Of a stretch of 26,798 bases of DNA, positions 16,869-24,820 are shown in pieces. A model generated the notes under the pieces. That model was not told where the DNA came from, ran no database searches, and was given only the letters and a program-made list of their open reading frames with translations. The position numbers and the translations under genes are program-made. The stretch's first letter is position 1. Each line of letters starts with the position of its first letter. The DNA is taken from positions 1,289-28,086 of the forward strand of contig QIAK01000285.1 of the NCBI GenBank assembly GCA_003225515.1. The letters run 5' to 3'. Source of the stretch: Acidobacteriota bacterium. GTDB taxonomy: Bacteria > Acidobacteriota > Terriglobia > Terriglobales > Acidobacteriaceae.

Positions 16869-17651
16869 ATGGACACTGGTGTTGCTTTTCTGATGTATCA
16901 CGAACTGCAGTTGCCGGGACGTGAATTATGCCAGTCTGATCCGGGCTACACGCGCTACATTGTCTCCGCGTCCGCCTTCGAGAACCAGATCCGTTCTCTG
17001 AGAAGCCTTGGCTACCAGGGAATCGATGTACGCCAGGCGCTCGAAAATTCCAGCCCAAAGAAAGTCGTCATTACCTTCGATGATGGCTGTGAAACCGATC
17101 TGGAAGTGGCTGCTCCTGTGCTGAGCAGCCTTGGCTTTGGCGCGACTTTTTACGTAACTGCAGGCTTCCTGGGCCGCCGGGGATATATGACCGAGGCCCA
17201 ATTGCGCGAACTTTGTTCGCGAGGCTTTGACGTGGGGTGCCATTCGATGACGCACCCTTACTTGCCCGATCTCGATGATGCCGGCTTGCAAAGAGAAATT
17301 TTCGAAGCCAAGTCGCGTTTGGAACAAATTATGGGCAAGCGTGTAGATCATTTCTCCTGTCCCGGCGGACGTTTTAATAAGCGGGTAGTGCACGCAGTAA
17401 AGCGTGCTGGATATAGGACACTGGCAACGAGCCGCCCACACCTGAACTCCCGGTCTACAAATCCTTTTGCGCTGGGGCGGATTGCGGTTCTTTGTGACAC
17501 TACTGAAGAACAGCTGGCGACGATCTGTCAGGGTGGCGGGTTGTGGAAACTAAACGCGCAGCGAACCGTCCTGGACTCGGCCAAGAGCATTCTCGGAAAC
17601 AGCACGTACGAGCGTTTGCGATCTCTCCTGCTAGGCACACGGTCAACCTAG
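16869..17651 (+). CDS. Polysaccharide deacetylase (CE4/NodB homology)
   Basis: LMYH; motif 1 ITFDDG; ATFYV; metal-binding GCHSMTH; motif 3 variant SCPGG. No signal peptide. Confidence 0.92.
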   Translation: MDTGVAFLMYHELQLPGRELCQSDPGYTRYIVSASAFENQIRSLRSLGYQGIDVRQALENSSPKKVVITFDDGCETDLEVAAPVLSSLGFGATFYVTAGFLGRRGYMTEAQLRELCSRGFDVGCHSMTHPYLPDLDDAGLQREIFEAKSRLEQIMGKRVDHFSCPGGRFNKRVVHAVKRAGYRTLATSRPHLNSRSTNPFALGRIAVLCDTTEEQLATICQGGGLWKLNAQRTVLDSAKSILGNSTYERLRSLLLGTRST

Positions 17652-17897
17652 TTATCATCTTGATTCCTGCCTGAGTCCTGTTCCAAGCCCCACAGCGACC
17701 TAGAGTCCCCCGACGGCCTTCAGCCTCCTCCCTTTCAGCCGCACTTTGGTACACGTCACGTTCCTGCAACGATGTACTTACGTGTCCGTCAAGGACAAGT
17801 ACCTTGGTTATCTGGGAGGATCACAGATCGATCTTTAAAGTCAAGCGTAAGGACTCGAAAGTTTGAAGTCCCCCCACTTCCTTTTTCGAGGTTACGC

Positions 17898-20012
17898 ATG
17901 CCGCAAGAAAGCTTCATCTGGTCTGCGAGGAACAAAGGGAATTCAGTTGTCACTCGGATAACTCGAACTCTTGCCCTCGTGGCAGTATGTTTCGGCATCA
18001 CCTCATGCAACAATGGCCTGATTGGCTCGCAATTGAAGTCTTCTCAGAGCCAGTCCTCAAGGCAAAACACAGTTACAGTGGCAATCACGCCAAGCTCGCC
18101 CAGCGTTGCTTCCAGTGGCAAGCTGCAGTTGGACGCCAGCGTAACTAACACGAGCGATACTGGAGTGAGGTGGTCTGCGAGCGCCGGCACCATCACGCCG
18201 AGTGGTTTATTTACCGCACCTAGCGTCAAAACGACTCAGACCGTGACCGTGACCGCGAGCAGCCTGTTGGCATCGGCCGAGGCGAGTGTGCCTGTCACCG
18301 TGACGGCAGCATCGGCGAGACTGGCGATCGCTACAACTAGCTTTCCCCATGGAACGGTTGGGACCAGCTATACCGCAACTCTTGCTGGGACTGGCGGTAT
18401 TCCGCCTTATGTTTGGACTCTTGTCTCGGGAACACTGCCGCTTGGCTTGCAACTGAATTCCAGCACCGGAGTGATCGCAGGCGTTACGACGCAGAGCGGA
18501 ACTTCTTCGTTCTCGGTCCAGGTGACCGATGGAAGCGGAAATTCAGTAACGCAAACCTTGCAGATTGTGATCGGCTCGCAAACGGGAACCAACTGCGGAC
18601 CGCCGAGCTATCCCTGCTCTCGCTCCGATTCGTTGGTGCTCATTCCCAAAGCACCTCCACAGCTAGGCTCCGATCCACGGTATTTCGGAGGTCATTTGGG
18701 CGCCGGGGTGGTTGCGATTGATCCTGACTATAATAATAGAATTCTGCGCGTGACCGACGGCAACACCGATATCTCGCGCCCCGGGCAAAGCTACAAGCCA
18801 GGCGGATCTGCCGAGAAAAACGTCTCTTCCTTCGACGAGAGCTTGTTCCTGGTTCACAATGAAACCGGCGGAGTCTGCCTGTTTCACTATGATGCCACCA
18901 GCTTCACGACGGCTTTTCACGGCTGTTTCAACAATGTGGGGAGCAGTCCGGACTTTGGTTACACTGCGGCCGATCAGAATGCTTTTTACAGCTACTATGC
19001 CAAGAAGCTCTATCGTTTTGTAATCGACACAACCAACTGGACCATCGCAGCCGATGCGACTTTCAATAACGGCGTAGGCTATTTCGATCCTGATAATCCC
19101 AACTGTTTGAATGGACAGATTGCTGCGAATAACTGGTACACGGGCGACAGCGGCCTTTCCTCGGATGACAATACGATGATCGTAGCCATTGGCCCATCCC
19201 AGGATGCTTACCCCTACTACGTGGTCTGGAACCGGACCAAGGGATGTCAGTGGATGAACGTTCAGACGTGGCAGGTAAGCCATGGATGGAATACGGGCCT
19301 GAGCAATCCGCAGGGCATCTCCTGGGCGAGCGGCGGTACTCCGTCATCGGCGGGCGGAATACACAACGCGCAGATTGATCGTAGCGGGAACTTTGGCGTG
19401 CTGACCATCAATCAAGTTACCAGCCTCAATCACAAACTGTTCTGGACGATCGGAACCAATCAGGTTGACGATACCTGCGTCACGTGCCATTCGCATTGGG
19501 CGTGCGATTTCGGCGTCTGCTTCTGGCAGATGGGTCCGGGCTCGGGTTTTAGTCTCGAACACCAAACCATCGGCTCTGTTGATGCGGTCCTGGATGTCGA
19601 CACAACACCGGTGCTTGCTCAATGGGGCAGCGACGAACACATGTCGCACGCCAACGCCGTGCAGGGAGAAAAGTTGATATATCTGGCGGCCTGGCAGCCG
19701 GGCGGGGGTGCATCCTCCGTAAATCAGGTATGGGGCGACGAGATCCTGGGTGTCAACTGGGACGGCTCACAGCGCACGATCCGGTTTAACAAGAGCTGGG
19801 ACAGCGGATACGGCGGCTTCTATGGCAGCGTTCGTTGCTCAATCTCAAGGCAGGGGCATTATGCAATCTGTAACTCGGATTTGCAGATGTACAACCTCGA
19901 CAAGGGTTTCGGCAATGGCCTGAACCAGGACACGTGCGATCACACGCAGTCCACAGCCAAGAGGAACACGACCGGTTGTCGATCGGATGTCTTGCTCTTT
20001 GAATTGCGCTAG
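17898..20012 (+). CDS. Putative lipoprotein: two Ig-like domains plus a His-rich beta-propeller-like domain
   Basis: Start revised to ATG 17898 (GAGG at 17888-17891). Lipobox ITSC (Cys codon 18006). Ig-like repeat VAITPSS...VRWS...GLFTAP (about 18066-18310). He_PIG-like domain GTVGTSY...PPYVW...LPLGLQLNSSTGVIAG (about 18320-18575). C-terminal domain colinear with 22909..24736. Confidence 0.8.
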   Translation: MPQESFIWSARNKGNSVVTRITRTLALVAVCFGITSCNNGLIGSQLKSSQSQSSRQNTVTVAITPSSPSVASSGKLQLDASVTNTSDTGVRWSASAGTITPSGLFTAPSVKTTQTVTVTASSLLASAEASVPVTVTAASARLAIATTSFPHGTVGTSYTATLAGTGGIPPYVWTLVSGTLPLGLQLNSSTGVIAGVTTQSGTSSFSVQVTDGSGNSVTQTLQIVIGSQTGTNCGPPSYPCSRSDSLVLIPKAPPQLGSDPRYFGGHLGAGVVAIDPDYNNRILRVTDGNTDISRPGQSYKPGGSAEKNVSSFDESLFLVHNETGGVCLFHYDATSFTTAFHGCFNNVGSSPDFGYTAADQNAFYSYYAKKLYRFVIDTTNWTIAADATFNNGVGYFDPDNPNCLNGQIAANNWYTGDSGLSSDDNTMIVAIGPSQDAYPYYVVWNRTKGCQWMNVQTWQVSHGWNTGLSNPQGISWASGGTPSSAGGIHNAQIDRSGNFGVLTINQVTSLNHKLFWTIGTNQVDDTCVTCHSHWACDFGVCFWQMGPGSGFSLEHQTIGSVDAVLDVDTTPVLAQWGSDEHMSHANAVQGEKLIYLAAWQPGGGASSVNQVWGDEILGVNWDGSQRTIRFNKSWDSGYGGFYGSVRCSISRQGHYAICNSDLQMYNLDKGFGNGLNQDTCDHTQSTAKRNTTGCRSDVLLFELR

Positions 20013-20042
20013 TCTGTTTCTGGATCGGTGAGTAACTTAAGG

Positions 20043-20078
20043 AATCGCAGGGGACCATTCCTGCGATTTGTTTTTGTT
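20043..20078 (+). terminator. Rho-independent terminator
   Basis: Perfect 9-bp stem AATCGCAGG (20043-20051) / CCTGCGATT (20059-20067), followed by TGTTTTTTGTT, 30 nt after stop 20012. Confidence 0.8.
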
Positions 20079-20131
20079 CAGAGTCGTGCGAACTTCTCGA
20101 TTCTGCACTAGAGAACGCCGGAGGCATTTGG

Positions 20132-20170
20132 TTTTCCTTCGTGAACCTTCGTGTCCTTCGTTAGTTAAAA
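20132..20170. repeat. Solo copy of the CCTTCGTG periodic intergenic repeat
   Basis: TTTTCCTTCGTGAACCTTCGTG (22 nt) is identical to 24787-24808. Three CCTTCGT units at 9-10 nt spacing. Confidence 0.8.
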
Positions 20171-20292
20171 GCTCTCAGCTTTCAGCGCTCAGATTTCAGC
20201 GGACCACCCTGTCATTTAGCGAACTCAAACAGCGCCTCGAACCTCAGCCTCAGCTGGCTTTAGCTGAAAGCTGACAGCTGATAGCTGAAAGC
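20171..20292. repeat. Imperfect 30-bp inverted repeat made of heptamer (TCAGC-core) units
   Basis: 20171-20200 versus reverse complement of 20263-20292: 25/30 identical, 62-nt spacer. Confidence 0.75.
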
Positions 20293-20384
20293 TTGTTTGG
20301 CAAACGCCTTGAGTTATGGAAACTTGGGTTATGATTCTGCTTTAGATCGAAGCAGCACGTCGAAGACATGAGCTCTAAATCGAG

Positions 20385-22757
20385 ATGATATCGAGTGCGT
20401 ACCGGATCTTTCGAAAATTGCGCGCCATGGACCGGCATGAGGTCGCAGATCGTTGCCGCCAGGAGCTCTCCAAGCGCTGCGATGCTCTGTGGTCACGATT
20501 TCAGCACGACTTCACCAACAACGCTTTTACCAGCGGGGAGTGGCGACCGGGTCTGTTTTTCTTTGCGCCCGAACAACTCGGATCTCTGATCGAGTTGCTG
20601 CGCGAACGATTTCCGCTTCAGGTGGAGAATATCCTCGCAAAATCAGAGCGGATTCTGGAGCATCGCTTCGATCTGCTCGGGTTCGAGGACCTACGCTACG
20701 GGGAACGCATCAATTGGCACCTCGACTTAGTTCATTCGAAAGAAGCATCCGCGAAGCCTTTCCACCGCGTGAACTATCTCAACTTCGCCGAAGTTGGAGA
20801 CAGCAAAATAACCTGGGAGCTGAACCGCCATCAGCATTTAGTCACACTAGCCAAAGCGTACCGGCTGACTGGGGACGAGCGCTACGCGCGCGAGATTCAT
20901 TCGCAATGGCGAGATTGGCATGCCGCGAATCCGTATCCCATAGGAATCAACTGGGCGAGCACCCTGGAGGTGGGTTTTCGAAGCCTGTCCTGGATGTGGG
21001 TTTACTATCTGCTTGAAGGCACAGGGACACTGGATTCAGGGTTTCGCCACGAGTGGCTGCGGGCCCAGGCTTTGAATGGACGTCACCTGGAGCGTTATCT
21101 CTCCACATACTTTTCGCCCAACACTCATTTGCTCGGCGAAGGAGTGGCCTTGTTCGTCCTAGGCACGATGTGTCCAGAACTCTCAGGCGCGGCGCGTTGG
21201 AAGGCCCGAGGATGGCAAATCGTTCTCGACGAAGCCCGCCGGCAAGTGGCTCCGGATGGAATGCATTTCGAAAAATCGACCTATTATCACGTGTATGCCC
21301 TCGATTTCTTCCTGCATGCCGTCGTACTTGCTTCGAGAAACGCCCAGAGCATTCCACCTGAATTAGAAGAGACTCTCGAAAAAATGCTCGATGTGCTATG
21401 TCTGCTGGGCTCGGAAGGTGCGCCTCCGCGATGGGGCGACGATGATGGTGGCCGTTTGTTCGATCCTGCGCGAAATCGCGCAGAGCACATGCTCGATCCT
21501 TTAGCCGCCGGAGCCATTCTCTTCAATCGCGCCGATTTTAAATCTCTTGCCAGAGGTCTACGCGAGGAAACGATTTGGCTGCTGGGAAAAGCTGGCGTAG
21601 AGCGGTGGGATCGCATAGAACCGAAAGCTCTTGTGCCGGCGTCTGCCGCCTTGGAATCGTCGGCGATCTACGTTATGACAACAAAACGGGGGCAGTTGTT
21701 GATGGATTGTGGCTGCTCCTCCGGGCAAAGTCATGGGCATGATCATGCCGGCGCGCTGAGCGTCTGTCTGCAGGCAAACCAGCAAGCATTGCTGATTGAT
21801 CCCGGTACATTCGAATACGTCGGCCCCGGACCGGAGCGGAATAAGTTTCGCGGCACCGCGATGCATAACACACTGCGAGTCGACAACCAGGATCAGGCCG
21901 AGCCGGACGGACCATTCTCCTGGAAACAGCATTTCCAGGCTCGCGCGGAGCAATGGATTACAGGAGTAAGTTTCGTTTTTTTCGCCGGCAGTCACAATGG
22001 CTACGCACGCCTTCCGTCCCCGGTGGTGCACAGGCGCTGCATCGTCGCCCTGAGGTCCGGTATTTTTTTGGTGCGCGACATTGCGGAGGGCAGCGGCCAG
22101 CACCGGCTGGATATTTCATGGCACCTGGCTGCGGATTTGTTGCAGCCGAAGGGAGCCGAGGGGAAGCAAGTGTTTTGTCTCCCGAATTCCGCCAAGGGCC
22201 TGACGATTTTGCCGGCTGTGGGTCATGGCTGGACAGAACAATCTAGTAAGGGGCAGTGGTCGCCCGTGTACGGCCGCCAGTCCGAAGCCATGATCCTGAA
22301 TTTCGCTGCATCCGTTACCTTGCCTGCTGAGTTCGTCGCGCTTCTGGTGCCTGAGTGTGAATCGGCACTTACGAATGCACAAAGCATTCCGGGTAAATTC
22401 ATACGGGCGCAGCACTCGAATGCGACTGCTTTCGTTCAAGCTTACCGCTATGAGACTGGCGAAGCCGAGTATCAGTTTTTCTTCGGACGCGCTGATCAAA
22501 CGTGGCAGGCAGGATCGGTATCGAGTGACGCAGAATTCGTATGCCTGTCTTCGGGGCTGGGGCAGCACGAACCTGAGATCGTATTCTGCAATGGTACCCA
22601 CGTAGATATCGCAGGATTGCAATCCGTTCATACGAACCGCAAGGTCACGCGCTACGAGCGCCTTCTCGGGCCGTTGCGCATTTCTTGTTCCGATCCCGAC
22701 GCAATCATCTCTACCGACCGACCGAGTCAGCCTGCATATCAGAATCCTGCTCGCTAA
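20385..22757 (+). CDS. Heparinase II/III-like (alginate lyase-fold) protein
   Basis: WELNRHQHL, SPNTHLLGEG, DGMHFEKSTYYHVY, GDDDGG, GHDHAGALS, LIDPGT, HNTL, HNGY. No evident signal peptide. 790 aa. Confidence 0.9.
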   Translation: MISSAYRIFRKLRAMDRHEVADRCRQELSKRCDALWSRFQHDFTNNAFTSGEWRPGLFFFAPEQLGSLIELLRERFPLQVENILAKSERILEHRFDLLGFEDLRYGERINWHLDLVHSKEASAKPFHRVNYLNFAEVGDSKITWELNRHQHLVTLAKAYRLTGDERYAREIHSQWRDWHAANPYPIGINWASTLEVGFRSLSWMWVYYLLEGTGTLDSGFRHEWLRAQALNGRHLERYLSTYFSPNTHLLGEGVALFVLGTMCPELSGAARWKARGWQIVLDEARRQVAPDGMHFEKSTYYHVYALDFFLHAVVLASRNAQSIPPELEETLEKMLDVLCLLGSEGAPPRWGDDDGGRLFDPARNRAEHMLDPLAAGAILFNRADFKSLARGLREETIWLLGKAGVERWDRIEPKALVPASAALESSAIYVMTTKRGQLLMDCGCSSGQSHGHDHAGALSVCLQANQQALLIDPGTFEYVGPGPERNKFRGTAMHNTLRVDNQDQAEPDGPFSWKQHFQARAEQWITGVSFVFFAGSHNGYARLPSPVVHRRCIVALRSGIFLVRDIAEGSGQHRLDISWHLAADLLQPKGAEGKQVFCLPNSAKGLTILPAVGHGWTEQSSKGQWSPVYGRQSEAMILNFAASVTLPAEFVALLVPECESALTNAQSIPGKFIRAQHSNATAFVQAYRYETGEAEYQFFFGRADQTWQAGSVSSDAEFVCLSSGLGQHEPEIVFCNGTHVDIAGLQSVHTNRKVTRYERLLGPLRISCSDPDAIISTDRPSQPAYQNPAR

Positions 22758-22908
22758 GACGCCGAGGGCGTCGGTCATATTCATAGCGGGCGAACAATCA
22801 AACTGGCCGTTGCCCTGATGGGTCGACCGGTCCTGCTATGCATTAGAATCGGGAAAGATTGCCCTCCACCGAATTACTACGGCATTCGTTATCTTCCGAG
22901 GAGAGTGC

Positions 22909-24736
22909 ATGCTTCGCATTGCCATCCCATTGTTGCTGGTCTCCTGCCTTGTCGATACGGGTACTTGCTTCGGGCAAGTCGAGAAAAAGCCAAGCCAGAA
23001 TGCGTCGAAGCCCGACGAGAAAACACGGGCGGGTTGCGGACAATCCTACTGCGCCGAAACGACTCGCGAGCCTAAGCCCGGGAGTCCCGTCGTTCCGCCA
23101 AAGGCAAATCAAGTTTTTCACGATCCCGAGTTTGGCTCGCGACTCATAAGAGTTACTGACGACAGCGGAATCGACGGAAAACTCACCGGCATGAGCTTTG
23201 GCGCGAACTCGTCGGCGGAGATCAATGAATGGGGAAAATTCGATCCCTCGCTCGGATCATCCGGTGGATATTACTTCTATGTCATGACCGGCGGCGGAGG
23301 CTCGGTTTTGTTCACGATGGATGCCGCGACCATGAAGGTCACGCCGCATTGCGATTCGCTGCCCGTGTGCCGGCTTCCGTCCGGGGGCAGCTTCAGTTAT
23401 GTCGATCCGCATATCGTCTACGGCCATTTTGGATCGAACAGCACGATCGACAGTTATGACGTTGTAAAAGGAAAGCAATCAACCATCTACGATTTCAGCA
23501 AATGTCCGCACCTGCCCAACGACCTTTCCGGATACCCGGGCGCAATTTCAAACAGCGGAGATGACAGCAAATTCTCCGCCTACGCCGGCGGTAAAGGACA
23601 AGGCGGCGGCAGCCAAGTCACGTACTACGACCGAACTACTGGACGTTGCTATTGGTACGACACTGGCAGCGGCCGTGTAGGTGGTTCTGAAATGCCGGCA
23701 ACGGACGTTAAAGCTGGAATCCTCGCGCCGCCTGCTGCTCCGCGGCTGAAGAGTGCTGCGGGAAGTCTTCCGGCAGGCGATTACTACGTGCGACTGACCG
23801 CAAACACACGGCGGCCGACAGGTCCCGGTGAGACGCTTCCGTCACCAGAAGAGCACATCCGCTTGACATCGAGCGGAGGGATCGAGGTCGATGCGCCCGA
23901 GATACGTGTACATCGGGACGATTCCTGGGCAGGAGACACGCCAGGGTTCAGTTGATCAGGTTAAGAGTGGATACACGCAGGCGGTTTCATTGACCAAGGC
24001 GAGCAGTCCGCCAACCACCACCAGCGCTGGCTACAACGTTCACAATGTGCGCCTGAGCCGTGACGGCAGCACATTGAAAATCACTCCCGCCGGGGCCCGC
24101 GATATGTTCTTCTGGACGCCGAAGACTGCTATGGTTTCTGCCTGCACTACCGCCGGTGAGGGACACGGTGGAGTTGCCAGCTATTGCGGCGGCCATACGG
24201 TGCTGGGTTATTCGCACCTGATCAACCACGGCGGTCCCGGCAACATGGTGAGTCTGCTCTACCGGCCATTGTCAGACCTGACCCAGATCAAGCAACTGCT
24301 TCCCCCCGAAGAATCGGTGCCATTCTTCGGGGATACGCATTGGTCGTGGAATAACGCCGATCCTGCCGATTCAACGCCGGTATGCGGAGCTTTCTCGGGA
24401 ACGGCGATGAGGCAAGGAGATGGCACACGGAATCCCGCTACAAACCCGCTTCTCGTGGAACGGCAACCGTGGGAGAGGGAAGTGGTTTGCGTTGCAACCT
24501 CGGGTACACCCCACGTCTGGCGATTCGCCCACCATCACGCCACCGGAGCTTGTAATGCGAATGCCAGAGCAGGGTCATGCTTCAACTCGCTCGCAATCGG
24601 AAACGTTTCGCAGGACGGCAAATTCTTTTTGTTCGGGAGCGACTGGGACTGGAACCTGGGAAGCGAGACGCGCAATCCGGGATGCCCGACCGCGGGCAGG
24701 TGCCGATTCGACGCCTTCATTGTGGAGTTAAAGTAG
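22909..24736 (+). pseudogene. Frameshifted secreted beta-propeller protein (ORFs 22909..23955 and 23891..24736), paralogue of 17898..20012
   Basis: Signal peptide and GAGGAG RBS on the first ORF only. The two ORFs overlap by 65 nt in different frames. Together they span 1828 nt (3x609+1) and align end to end with the propeller domain of 17898..20012. Could be an assembly or sequencing error. Confidence 0.7.
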
Positions 24737-24741
24737 GCGGA

Positions 24742-24820
24742 AACCGCGAAGGACACGAAGTTACACGAAGGAACCCGATCAGGGATTTTTCCTTCGTGAA
24801 CCTTCGTGCCCTTCCTGGTT
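24742..24820. repeat. 32-bp imperfect inverted repeat (REP-like hairpin, probable bidirectional terminator) between convergent genes
   Basis: 24742-24773 versus reverse complement of 24789-24820: 27/32 identical, 15-nt loop. Sits between stops at 24736 (+) and 24819 (-). Confidence 0.8.

Noticed and set aside
17772-17897. ORF-track start at 17772
   Set aside because: It would put the lipobox Cys at residue 79. ATG 17898 has a GAGG RBS and gives a more plausible signal.
20132-20292. Possible CRISPR array in the repeat patch
   Set aside because: Units are 7-10 nt with no 25-45 nt unique spacers, and no cas genes are present.
22758-22772. Small hairpin GACGCC-GAG-GGCGTC after the heparinase-like stop
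   Set aside because: Only a 6-bp stem with no U-tract; insufficient to call a terminator.
23890-23910. Programmed ribosomal frameshift
   Set aside because: No recognisable slippery heptamer or shift-prone codon/stop context. A small indel or assembly error is simpler.
11999-24736. Exosortase/PEP-CTERM system
   Set aside because: AsnB, Fem-like and CE4 genes often accompany such systems, but no exosortase and no PEP-CTERM tail (PEP + TM helix + basic residues) is visible in the window.
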